Under the pieces are notes generated by a model that searched no databases, was not told where the DNA came from, and worked only from the letters and a program-made list of their open reading frames with translations. Shown one piece after another: positions 8,937 to 17,270 of a stretch of DNA of 64,000 nucleotides. Numbering within the stretch: position 1 is the stretch's first letter; every line of letters begins with the position of its first letter. The translations under genes were made by a program, and so were the position numbers. The DNA comes from a virus: positions 5,582 to 69,581 of IMG/VR virus record IMGVR_UViG_3300022074_000027; one strand, written 5' to 3'.

Positions 8937-9339
8937 TTACCATATCTGCTAACAAATTCAAATCAACTTTAGTGGTAATGGTGTTCTCTTTATCTTCAGT
9001 AACCGTTTTCACAACGATATCCATAAATGGTTGTATGGGGTGTCTGAAACCAATATCTCTATACAAAATACCTCTAACGACTTCATTAAGAAAACTGATA
9101 TCTCCAATGAATCTTTCATTCTTGATATCTATACCATTCTCACCACAGTTGTGAATTAATCCAATCATCAAACCCTCTGCAAGATTATCTGCAAAATCTA
9201 AATCTTGTTGAGTTTCAGTTGGATTAATATTAACAACTTTAGGTATCCTTTTACCTTTAAATTTAGTTGGAAATTTTATGATATTATTTTCCATTAATAT
9301 CCTAACTCCTGCTTTCGTTTTTGTAGTTTTCTTTCCCAC
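8911..9339 (-). CDS. hypothetical protein (start probably MENNIIKFP)
   Basis: ORF track. Confidence 0.65.
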   Translation of the reverse strand: MGKKTTKTKAGVRILMENNIIKFPTKFKGKRIPKVVNINPTETQQDLDFADNLAEGLMIGLIHNCGENGIDIKNERFIGDISFLNEVVRGILYRDIGFRHPIQPFMDIVVKTVTEDKENTITTKVDLNLLADMVSDKEDDTS

Positions 9340-9569
9340 CTTTTTTTACCAGCTGCTTTTTGTCTTCTTTTCTTTTCACCTCTGGTTCGGTGGGAAGTTC
9401 TTTCACGCAGTTCTTGAAACAAACCTTCTTTCATAAGTTTCTTTTTAAGGACTCTGATAGCACCATTTATATCAGATGTCATGTTACCATCTTTGTCCTT
9501 AACTTGGCGAACTGTAACAGTCATTCCATAGTCTTTTTTATATTTATCTTTCTTTTTAAAGTAACTCAT
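9294..9569 (-). CDS. rpsU: ribosomal protein bS21
   Basis: VTVR...INGAIRVLKKKLMKEGLFQELRERTSHRTRGEKKRRQKAAG pattern. Confidence 0.85.
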   Translation of the reverse strand: MSYFKKKDKYKKDYGMTVTVRQVKDKDGNMTSDINGAIRVLKKKLMKEGLFQELRERTSHRTRGEKKRRQKAAGKKRWERKLQKRKQELGY

Positions 9570-9577
9570 AGGCTCCC

Positions 9578-10258
9578 TTATGATAGTTTTTCTGCATCAA
9601 TGATTTTATCAAGTTTCTTGATTTCATCAACTTTAGTCTGATTGACAGTTTCATCAAGTTCCTTGAACGCTTCATTACTTTTGATTTTAGACATTAACAT
9701 TTTGTCTTTCTTCAACCTATTTAATAGGATTTTCTGAGCGTTTTCATCAGAGTATTCTAACAACACATATACACGATATTGTGTACCATTAGATACTACT
9801 TTAGATTCTTGGACATTATATCCAGCAACATCAACATCAGAAATGATATTCTTTGTTGCAGTTTGAATCTCATTCATAACAGAAGCGTCTGCATCAGTAG
9901 AACCTACCTTAGTAATAAAACTCTTCGTAATAGAATTAACTCTACCATTAATTCTGTCAGCAAGAGTTGTTTTTGCAGACAAGATTGCAATATCATTTGA
10001 TAGTTGCAAGTCTGGTGTATTTGCAGTACCTACTGCATAGATAGCATCATCTTTGACAGGCATCTTAGTATACCAACTAGGTACTTGTTCTACTTGTTGT
10101 TTTACTTTTGCAGATTGGTGTTCATACAATTTCTTAACAACACCAATTGGTGGTTTAACAACCACATTAGCTGTGTTTGCACTTACAAAAGGATTTGATG
10201 CACTACAGGCACTTAACAGTACACCTAGAGATGCAACGGTAGTCATTTGTTTAATCAT
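9578..10258 (-). CDS. lipoprotein (LPP20-like)
   Basis: Lipobox LLSAC; VPSWY...IYAVGTA. Confidence 0.7.
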   Translation of the reverse strand: MIKQMTTVASLGVLLSACSASNPFVSANTANVVVKPPIGVVKKLYEHQSAKVKQQVEQVPSWYTKMPVKDDAIYAVGTANTPDLQLSNDIAILSAKTTLADRINGRVNSITKSFITKVGSTDADASVMNEIQTATKNIISDVDVAGYNVQESKVVSNGTQYRVYVLLEYSDENAQKILLNRLKKDKMLMSKIKSNEAFKELDETVNQTKVDEIKKLDKIIDAEKLS

Positions 10259-10398
10259 TATCTAACCTCTTTCAATTTATTAACGATTGTGTCACGAATA
10301 CCACTATCAACAAAAACGTCTTTAGTGGTTGCTAATATATTGGGGTGATATGTGACTAGTATTACCCCAACAATAATTCCAAATATAAACTTCATCAT
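10258..10398 (-). CDS. small membrane protein (46 aa, not in ORF track)
   Basis: MMKFIFGIIVGVILVTYHPNIL..., fills the gap with overlapping codons. Confidence 0.6.
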   Translation of the reverse strand: MMKFIFGIIVGVILVTYHPNILATTKDVFVDSGIRDTIVNKLKEVR

Positions 10399-10860
10399 CT
10401 AATAACAATCTGTTCCGCCAGTTGTCCAATTCGCATAACAACTGCCTGGTTCATGAACCTTATAAGATACAGACGTATTACCAATCTTTACATTATTTGT
10501 AATTCCATACCCAAACACAGTTCCCACAGGCGCATTTTTATATATGGTCTGATTTATCTTATGATTAATCAATGTACCAACAATAGTACTCACAATACTT
10601 GGTTGTGGTTTATGATATGTAGGTTCTGAATAAACTACCCTTTCAGTAACTACTGGCGTAGAATCTCTATAGATATACACAGGCTTCTCAATCTCTTTAT
10701 AGATTACTTTAGGTTTAGTTTCACAATCATAATCAGTAGTTGACGATACTATCTCACCACTTTTCTGAGTCACAACTTTTTGATACTTACAATCTTGTGC
10801 AAATGCACTTGTGGTCATAAGTATCGCAGTTGTAGTTAATAACAAAGTTTTCATATTCAT
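10399..10860 (-). CDS. secreted hypothetical protein
   Basis: Signal peptide MNMKTLLLTTTAILMTTSAFA; start corrected from the track. Confidence 0.65.
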   Translation of the reverse strand: MNMKTLLLTTTAILMTTSAFAQDCKYQKVVTQKSGEIVSSTTDYDCETKPKVIYKEIEKPVYIYRDSTPVVTERVVYSEPTYHKPQPSIVSTIVGTLINHKINQTIYKNAPVGTVFGYGITNNVKIGNTSVSYKVHEPGSCYANWTTGGTDCY

Positions 10861-10864
10861 AATA

Positions 10865-11176
10865 CTACACCATTTCTTTTGCATTGTCAAGTATATCGGT
10901 AGCAACACAGTATGCATTGAAATCGAATCCACCAATATGCCACTCGTACTCTTCAGTAGGTACATATCCATCTTTCCAATTGTAGATGGTAAAGGTAGTA
11001 TTGTTTTCATCTTCAGCATTAACACTCCATTGTGCATTGACCTTTTCATAAGGACTTGCATCTGTCATGGTTGGTTCTCCAAAGACCTCTACTAACTTGT
11101 CGTAGGTGGTAGTAACCTTACCTTGTAAACTAGTTCCAACGGTTTTGATTGTATCACAAGCAACAAATTTATACAT
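10865..11176 (-). CDS. hypothetical phage protein
   Basis: GTSLQG...YDKLVEVFGEP...FTIYNWK...WHIGG; GGAG RBS. Confidence 0.7.
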   Translation of the reverse strand: MYKFVACDTIKTVGTSLQGKVTTTYDKLVEVFGEPTMTDASPYEKVNAQWSVNAEDENNTTFTIYNWKDGYVPTEEYEWHIGGFDFNAYCVATDILDNAKEMV

Positions 11177-11378
11177 ACTTACAATCTCCTTTTCCAATAC
11201 CGACTAACAATTCAAAGAACAAGTCTTCCCAATCGTCTTTCTTTTCTTTGACGTAATCAAATGCATAAACATTTTCTTTCGCCCATTTGATTGCCTCTTT
11301 GGCAGTATCAAATTCACCAGTTTTACCCATCTTATTAGTCTGAGTATAAACAAAGTATTTCACAGTTTTAGTAGTCAT
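11169..11378 (-). CDS. hypothetical early protein
   Basis: GAGAGG RBS after promoter P3. Confidence 0.65.
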   Translation of the reverse strand: MTTKTVKYFVYTQTNKMGKTGEFDTAKEAIKWAKENVYAFDYVKEKKDDWEDLFFELLVGIGKGDCKYV

Positions 11379-11409
11379 TTTGACCTCTCTTTCTCATTAT
11401 TACAGAATC

Positions 11410-11438
11410 ATCTTACCATGTTTTTACAACAAAGTCAA
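11410..11438 (-). promoter_or_regulatory. sigma70-type promoter with spacer palindrome (P3)
   Basis: TTGACT-17-TAAGAT with TG extension; TGTT-N5-AACA at 11419-11431. Confidence 0.8.
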
Positions 11439-11440
11439 GG

Positions 11441-11614
11441 CTAATCGCCCAAATCTTCAAACTTTTTTTCAACTAAATTTCCAACCAAACTGTCAATCAC
11501 ACTATTACCCTCAAGACCAGCTTTATCAAGTGCATCTTGAAATTCATCAACTGTCATTGACCCTACCTCTTCACAAAGGTTTTCTTTAATTGTATCATTT
11601 TGTAAATTACTCAT
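11441..11614 (-). CDS. small acidic protein (57 aa, not in ORF track)
   Basis: MSNLQNDTIKENLCEEVGSMTVDEFQDALDK..., AGGAG RBS. Confidence 0.65.
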   Translation of the reverse strand: MSNLQNDTIKENLCEEVGSMTVDEFQDALDKAGLEGNSVIDSLVGNLVEKKFEDLGD

Positions 11615-11622
11615 AACATCTC

Positions 11623-11853
11623 CTATCCGTAATGCATATCTGCATAGTCAATGCATTTATCCATAACATCTTCATAGAACAACTCTGAATTTTCTTCTTG
11701 AAGTTCTACTAACTGTTCATCATTAAGTTCTTTTCCAGATGAAACGAACTTTGCAGAATCTATATAAGCATCAACAAAGTCTGGATAGTCTTTCATATCA
11801 ATACCATCAACTTCAACATCTGTAACTTCTAAATTATTTAATTTATATTTCAT
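11623..11853 (-). CDS. small acidic hypothetical protein
   Basis: DYPDFVDAYI motif, AGGAG RBS. Confidence 0.7.
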   Translation of the reverse strand: MKYKLNNLEVTDVEVDGIDMKDYPDFVDAYIDSAKFVSSGKELNDEQLVELQEENSELFYEDVMDKCIDYADMHYG

Positions 11854-11864
11854 ATTATCTCCTA

Positions 11865-12068
11865 TTAACTAAAGTGGTCGCCAGTTTCAATCGCAAAGAT
11901 TTCGTCCTTTGCAATATCAGCACCCATATTTCCAAACTTTGTTTTGATGTCTGTAATCAAATCTTCTTTTGTTTTGATATTTGCATCAGCAACAAAATTA
12001 CCATCTTCGTCAAAAAAGTCCCAAACGGTTTCTTGAACGTCCATCACAAAATTCTTAACTTTTCCCAT
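11865..12068 (-). CDS. hypothetical early protein
   Basis: MGKVKN start, first gene after P4. Confidence 0.65.
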   Translation of the reverse strand: MGKVKNFVMDVQETVWDFFDEDGNFVADANIKTKEDLITDIKTKFGNMGADIAKDEIFAIETGDHFS

Positions 12069-12099
12069 AATTTTCTCTCTTTCTCTTGATTATGTATAT

Positions 12100-12128
12100 A
12101 CTATAACTTGTTTTTATAACAAAGTCAA
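12100..12128 (-). promoter_or_regulatory. sigma70-type promoter with spacer palindrome (P4)
   Basis: TTGACT-17-TATAGT; TGTT-N5-AACA at 12109-12121; 34-nt leader/-10 segment identical to P2. Confidence 0.82.
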
Positions 12129-12134
12129 GGCAAT

Positions 12135-12168
12135 AAAAAACCCTTGTAAATCAAGGACTTACAAGGGT
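12135..12168 (-). terminator. intrinsic terminator after petB (contains an IHF-like site)
   Basis: CCCTTGTAA-N9-TTACAAGGG stem followed by T6 on the minus strand. Confidence 0.7.
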
Positions 12169-12219
12169 CATTTGTTCTAGTTTTATTTGTTTTTGTGTGA
12201 ATCGGTGCGAATCACCGAA

Positions 12220-13425
12220 TCACTCTCTTAAAACTGGTGTTGATATACTTGCTGGCAAAGGTTTTGTTTTTTCAACAAATGGTAGTAGTGGTAATAGAAC
12301 CAAAAAGTGAAAGAAGTAATATGCAGTTGCAATTCTACTTAAAATAACATATAACCCCTCAGCTGGCATTGCACCAAGATATCCTAATGCAATACAATCT
12401 GCAAACAATATCCAAAAGAATATTTTATACATTGGTCTAAATTGTGAAGACCTAATTGGTTGTCTGTCTAACCAAGGTAAAATGAATAGTACCATGATTG
12501 AACCAAACATAAACAACACCCCACCAAGTTTGTCTGGTATTGCTCTAAGTATTGCATAGAACGGTAAGAAGTACCACTCTGGAACAATGTGAGGTGGTGT
12601 AACCATTGGATTTGCTGGAATGTAATTATCTGGGTGTCCCATAAAATTAGGAAAGAAAAATACTGCAGCGGCAAAGAAAGTTAAGAATATACTTAATCCA
12701 AATAAATCTTTTATCGTATAATATGGATGAAATGGAATAGTATCTTGTTTACCGCTGGTATCAATTCCTATAGGATTGTTACTACCAAATCTGTGTAGTG
12801 CAACCAAGTGTAGAATAACAACTCCAACTATTACAAAAGGCATCAAAAAGTGTAGACTAAAGAATCTATTCAGTAGTGCATTATCTACACTAAATCCACC
12901 CCATAACCAAGTAACAAATTGTTCTCCAACTAATGGTATTGCACTAAACAAATTAGTAATAACGGTTGCACCCCAAAAACTCATTTGACCCCAAGGTAAA
13001 ACGTAACCCATAAATGCAGTTGCCATCATCAGTAGTAATATCAATACTCCAAGTATCCAAAGTAATTCCCTTGGTGCTTTATATGAACCATAATATAGTC
13101 CACGAAATATGTGAATATAAACTACTATGAAAAAGAAACTTGCACCGTTCATATGAATATAACGTATTAACCACCCATGATTAACATCTCGCATGATTCT
13201 TTCTACAGAATCAAATGCATAATCAATATGAGGTGTGTAATGCATACTAAGGACTATTCCAGTTACAATCATTATAACTAGAGTAATACCAGCCAACGAA
13301 CCAAAGTTCCAAAAATAATTTAGGTTCTTTGGTGTTGGATATTCGTTGAGTTCATGATTCATGAAAGAGAATATACCAAGTCTATGGTCTATCCAATTCA
13401 CGACTGGATTTTTGAATTTTTTCAT
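12220..13425 (-). CDS. petB: cytochrome b of the bc1 complex
   Basis: WNFGSL; heme ligands in [22 protein letters not shown] and SLHFLMPF...ILHLVALH; [19 protein letters not shown]; PEWY Qo motif. Confidence 0.97.
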   Translation of the reverse strand: MKKFKNPVVNWIDHRLGIFSFMNHELNEYPTPKNLNYFWNFGSLAGITLVIMIVTGIVLSMHYTPHIDYAFDSVERIMRDVNHGWLIRYIHMNGASFFFIVVYIHIFRGLYYGSYKAPRELLWILGVLILLLMMATAFMGYVLPWGQMSFWGATVITNLFSAIPLVGEQFVTWLWGGFSVDNALLNRFFSLHFLMPFVIVGVVILHLVALHRFGSNNPIGIDTSGKQDTIPFHPYYTIKDLFGLSIFLTFFAAAVFFFPNFMGHPDNYIPANPMVTPPHIVPEWYFLPFYAILRAIPDKLGGVLFMFGSIMVLFILPWLDRQPIRSSQFRPMYKIFFWILFADCIALGYLGAMPAEGLYVILSRIATAYYFFHFLVLLPLLPFVEKTKPLPASISTPVLRE

Positions 13426-13426
13426 C

Positions 13427-13852
13427 TTACTGGATTTCAGACAACCACTTCTTTAACTTCTTTTTACTTTTACCAAAAACTTTTGTTTTTGATATTTGCT
13501 TAATATTAGACAAGTCATCACCAACAATAACTAATCCTATCATACCCATAGATTTATGGGGTGTACATTGATATAAGTAGATTCCCTCTCTTTCAAATGT
13601 ATAGGAATACTCTTTATTCATTTTACTTTTTGGTAACTTCTTAATTCCGTCTGGTGCAGAAATAAAATGCACATTATGTCCTTTAGATGCAGGCAACCAT
13701 GTAATTGTATCTCCAACAGCAACTTCTGCTATTTCTTTTGAATATACCATCTTGTTACCGCTTCCGTCTTTATTCAACATATCAATAGTAACATCAGCTG
13801 CATTTGCAGAGAATGTTACCATAACAAATAGTAGTGTAAATAATCTAATCAT
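13427..13852 (-). CDS. pseudoazurin (type 1 blue copper protein) with signal peptide
   Basis: Signal peptide ending ANA; mature MLNK...[27 protein letters not shown] give the His/Cys/His/Met Cu ligands. Confidence 0.9.
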   Translation of the reverse strand: MIRLFTLLFVMVTFSANAADVTIDMLNKDGSGNKMVYSKEIAEVAVGDTITWLPASKGHNVHFISAPDGIKKLPKSKMNKEYSYTFEREGIYLYQCTPHKSMGMIGLVIVGDDLSNIKQISKTKVFGKSKKKLKKWLSEIQ

Positions 13853-13868
13853 AATTTTCCCTTTCATA

Positions 13869-13958
13869 TTATCCACCGTGTCCATAAGTATCATAATCCC
13901 ATTCTGATTTGGATTGTTTACTTACAAATTCATTTTCTTCTTCAGTATAAGGCCACAT
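13869..13958 (-). CDS. 29-aa peptide (not in ORF track)
   Basis: MWPYTEEENEFVSKQSKSEWDYDTYGHGG; TAATG coupling to the upstream gene, GGAG upstream. Confidence 0.5.
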   Translation of the reverse strand: MWPYTEEENEFVSKQSKSEWDYDTYGHGG

Positions 13959-14206
13959 TATTTATTCTCCAACTCGACTAACATTTTGTCATACATTTCA
14001 TTAGTTAAATCATTCATTTTATCTAAATTAAATGACATCTCTTTTACATCTGAAACTGACCTAATTGCTGGTAAGTGACTCATTATTTGTTTATTTGCAT
14101 GAAGTTGTTTACCTCTTTGCAATTCTATTAATACTCTTTGAAACCATTTACTAACGGTTTCACAAATTCTGCAAGTCTCGACATAGACTGCTTCTGCGAC
14201 AGACAT
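13958..14206 (-). CDS. hypothetical protein, first gene of the petB operon
   Basis: AGGAG RBS, CxxC near the N-terminus. Confidence 0.7.
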   Translation of the reverse strand: MSVAEAVYVETCRICETVSKWFQRVLIELQRGKQLHANKQIMSHLPAIRSVSDVKEMSFNLDKMNDLTNEMYDKMLVELENK

Positions 14207-14249
14207 TTATTTCTCCTATTTTTGAAAATGTAGTTTGATACTACAATTA

Positions 14250-14257
14250 TATTTATA
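14250..14257 (-). promoter_or_regulatory. T4-type late promoter TATAAATA
   Basis: Exact match in the intergenic gap upstream of the 14206-petB gene run. Confidence 0.75.
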
Positions 14258-14308
14258 TAAGATATTATGTTTTGATTTGGAAAACTATTGTTTCCTTTTT
14301 GGAATTAA

Positions 14309-14665
14309 TCATCTTGTAAGTTTTTCCCAAGTACTTTTTGTTCTTCTTTTAGTTTTAGGTTGTGGTGCAAAAGACTGTTTAGCTCTTTCTGCTTCTTCTT
14401 TCATTCTTTTTGTTGCTTTCGCTTTATCATCATTTACTTGAAATCTAGATTTTTCACGCATAGAAAGTTGTGCATTAAAATGATTTTTAACTTCCTCTGC
14501 ATTATCTGTAAATTGTAACAAAGTCTTTATAGCAATATATGCATCACCTTTAAACATTAGTCTACCATCACGATATACTGTTCCAGTTCCGTCATCTATT
14601 AATATACTACAATTTTTATGTTTAAACTTCATCTTTGTGCAGTCCGATAAAATATTCTGCATCAA
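14309..14665 (-). CDS. hypothetical protein
   Basis: ORF track; true start probably the internal MKFKHK. Confidence 0.6.
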   Translation of the reverse strand: MMQNILSDCTKMKFKHKNCSILIDDGTGTVYRDGRLMFKGDAYIAIKTLLQFTDNAEEVKNHFNAQLSMREKSRFQVNDDKAKATKRMKEEAERAKQSFAPQPKTKRRTKSTWEKLTR

Positions 14666-14960
14666 CTAAAACCAATGGTTTGTGATTATTTCTTTTCACA
14701 ACTACAATTGGTTCATAGTCTTTGCAATTTTCGACTGCTTGAGAATAGGATTCCCAGATGTTAACTTTTTCTTGATTCTTACATTCAATTGAGTAGGGAA
14801 ACTTCTCTCTTGCAGCCCTTGCCATAATTAAATCTTCACCACCAGCACCCATAGACCTACTTTCTACGTCTTCTGGGTGTACTTTGAGTTCTTCTATTAA
14901 TTGGTCACGAACCCATTGTTGTAATCTTCTACCTTTAGCTTTTGCTGACTGAGTTTTCAT
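14622..14960 (-). CDS. PD-(D/E)XK nuclease-fold protein (resolvase-like)
   Basis: SAKAKGRRLQQ, GAGGEDL, SIECKNQE. Confidence 0.7.
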   Translation of the reverse strand: MKTQSAKAKGRRLQQWVRDQLIEELKVHPEDVESRSMGAGGEDLIMARAAREKFPYSIECKNQEKVNIWESYSQAVENCKDYEPIVVVKRNNHKPLVLVDAEYFIGLHKDEV

Positions 14961-15081
14961 TTTCACATTTTTCACATCTACACCTAGTGCAAACCTCTAT
15001 TGCTTCACCAGCACCTTGTAAGTCTTTCTTGAATATCATACCACAATGTGACTCATGACCACAATTTTTACAACTAGTCAT
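14935..15081 (-). CDS. small Cys/His-rich metal-binding protein (48 aa, not in ORF track)
   Basis: MTSCKNCGHESHCGMIFKKDLQGAGEAIEVCTRCRCEKCENENSVSKS. Confidence 0.65.
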   Translation of the reverse strand: MTSCKNCGHESHCGMIFKKDLQGAGEAIEVCTRCRCEKCENENSVSKS

Positions 15082-15188
15082 TCGCAACACTCACATTGAC
15101 AACCAGTACATACATCATTTACACAACATTCACAATCTTGACCACAATGACAATTACAACCACATTTTATACATTTACAACTAGTCAT
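15078..15188 (-). CDS. metallothionein-like peptide (36 aa, 14 Cys, not in ORF track)
   Basis: MTSCKCIKCGCNCHCGQDCECCVNDVCTGCQCECCE; GGAG RBS; ATGA overlap with the next gene. Confidence 0.7.
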   Translation of the reverse strand: MTSCKCIKCGCNCHCGQDCECCVNDVCTGCQCECCE

Positions 15189-15345
15189 AGTCTTCTCCAA
15201 ATTCTTCGTCTATATAATCCTCATCATTATTTATCTCTCCCCCACAGAAGACACAATGTTTTGCAACGTAATGAGAATCAGACATACCATAACGAACTGT
15301 GAATTCTACATCACATTCGTTACAGTACAATATTTTTTTTGCCAT
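15181..15345 (-). CDS. zinc-ribbon protein with acidic tail
   Basis: CNEC...CVFC; start coupled to the nrdJ stop. Confidence 0.7.
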   Translation of the reverse strand: MAKKILYCNECDVEFTVRYGMSDSHYVAKHCVFCGGEINNDEDYIDEEFGEDYD

Positions 15346-17270
15346 TAGATTTCGCAACCCCCAGCGGCAGAACAAGCAAGTTCTTGAGAACCAATAGTCA
15401 TATCAGTTTTCTCATATTCACCTAACATTGACCAATCAACATTCTTAGGCATTTTATTTAGTAGTTCTTTATACTGATTATTATCACAGTCTTGATACGG
15501 TGCTTGTTTATATGAGTGTTCACTAAATGGTAAGAATGATACACCAGACATCCAATCAAAGTTTTCGTATACCCATGCACCAACTTCTAACCACTCATGT
15601 TCTTTTACAGAAATAGTTACAGATGGTTTATGTTCACACCAATGCTTCTGATATGTCAACCACAACTCTAATTGTTCGATTGCGTTCATGTCTGTTCTGA
15701 AAACAGAGTGTTTATCAACTTTCATAGGAAATGAAAATACAGCAGTATGACTTGGATTCATTACATCATCTTCAACTGGAAATCCAGCATCAGTCATCAT
15801 CTTTGTCAATGGGTCTTTCTTATCACCACGAACAGTACGAATATAGTATGGATTATGTCTTGCATGAATACCAGAGGCTGCATCTGTAAGTTGTGATACA
15901 GTACCAGATGGTTTTACACAAGTGATTGCGACAGACCTTGGAATACCAAGTTTCTTTGCCCACTTCTTATTCGTTTCTACTGCAACTTCTTTTAGTTCTT
16001 CTAACAGACTTTCTAACCCCTTTTCCTTACCGTTTGTAAGTGGGTTATCCATAATACCAGTAAGTGATACACCAAGTAGTCTTTCTTCTGAACAATTCTT
16101 TTTCCATACATTTGATACATACTTGAAGTTTGTGAGTGTAGATTGGAAAGTACCAAGAATAGTTGCAATCCTAACTTTTTCTTTAAGAGTTTCTTTTGTA
16201 TCAGATGTTCTAATAACTGCCTCTGAAAGATTACAAAATTCTCTATCTCGTAAGATTATCTCAGAACAAGGATTCGTACCAAACTCATGACCATCAATAG
16301 TTCTACGACCATTCTTCGCAGCCATCTTATTTGCAGACTCACGATTGAAGATACCTCTTTCTCCAGACTTAGAATCATAAAGAGATTTCCACTCATCCAT
16401 GAAGATACCAATATCTGGTTTTTCAGAATAACACGCAGAATTATTTGCAAGTGCTCGTTGTGCATTTTGTTCCCACCATGAACCAGATTTTGCATGACGC
16501 ATACGGTCATCTGATAAATTAGACAAACTAATTAAAGCACTTCTACGAACACCACCGACAACAACAATCTCTGCAATCTTACAAACAATGTCATGACATT
16601 CTAATGATGTTAGTTTTCGTCCAGCAGAGTTCTTAAATGTAGTAACAGTAAAATTAAATAAACTTTCTAATGGGTCTGGGCCAGATGCACGACCACCAAA
16701 AGTTTTTAATGGAGCACCAGCAGGACGTACCTTTGACATATCCCATTTTGGAATCTGACCAATATACAACATACCTACTAATTCTTTAAATGCTTTCGCC
16801 CAACCTAATTTACTATCTGCGACTTGAATTACTGTATCTGACAAATAAAATTCTTCTGCAACAACTGGAAGTTTTGCAGTAAATTGTCTTTCTACAGAAA
16901 AACCAACACCAGTACCATTCATCAATACATAAAGGATTTCATCAAACGCTGCAACTCTATCTACTGCAACATATGAACAATTATATCCAGCAATATTTTC
17001 TTTTTTCAATGCAGGCCCAGCAGTCATCAAACACCTCATTGATGGCATTACTCTTGTATCAAGGATTGCTTCTTCTATTTCATTTCTTGTCTTATCGTCT
17101 AATTCATAATTACACATATCTTTTAAATGGTCTTTGAAAAAATCAAAGTATCTTTCGATAGTTTCATTCCAGAACTCTCGCCTACCCTCATCAGGCAACC
17201 ATCTAGAGTACCTTGATAAGTGTATGAATTGTTGATATTGCGTGGGTAGTTGATTAGACAGATTAGACAT
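15345..17270 (-). CDS. nrdJ: class II (adenosylcobalamin-dependent) ribonucleotide reductase
   Basis: MPSMR, YNCS, VVVGGVRRSA, TNPCSEI, TCVKPSGTVSQL, C-terminal CSAAGGCEI. Confidence 0.93.
   Translation of the reverse strand: MSNLSNQLPTQYQQFIHLSRYSRWLPDEGRREFWNETIERYFDFFKDHLKDMCNYELDDKTRNEIEEAILDTRVMPSMRCLMTAGPALKKENIAGYNCSYVAVDRVAAFDEILYVLMNGTGVGFSVERQFTAKLPVVAEEFYLSDTVIQVADSKLGWAKAFKELVGMLYIGQIPKWDMSKVRPAGAPLKTFGGRASGPDPLESLFNFTVTTFKNSAGRKLTSLECHDIVCKIAEIVVVGGVRRSALISLSNLSDDRMRHAKSGSWWEQNAQRALANNSACYSEKPDIGIFMDEWKSLYDSKSGERGIFNRESANKMAAKNGRRTIDGHEFGTNPCSEIILRDREFCNLSEAVIRTSDTKETLKEKVRIATILGTFQSTLTNFKYVSNVWKKNCSEERLLGVSLTGIMDNPLTNGKEKGLESLLEELKEVAVETNKKWAKKLGIPRSVAITCVKPSGTVSQLTDAASGIHARHNPYYIRTVRGDKKDPLTKMMTDAGFPVEDDVMNPSHTAVFSFPMKVDKHSVFRTDMNAIEQLELWLTYQKHWCEHKPSVTISVKEHEWLEVGAWVYENFDWMSGVSFLPFSEHSYKQAPYQDCDNNQYKELLNKMPKNVDWSMLGEYEKTDMTIGSQELACSAAGGCEI

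Noticed and set aside
7243-12129. Dispersed 30-50-nt repeats as a CRISPR array or att sites
   Set aside because: They are kilobases apart, coincide with promoters, and no cas operon or integrase is present; the Cas4-like nuclease at 1425 is a common stand-alone phage exonuclease
12220-13852. petB/pseudoazurin as host contamination or a prophage boundary
   Set aside because: No petA/petC neighbours, same strand and composition as the flanks, GATC absent from petB, phage late promoter upstream; a read-level check is still advisable
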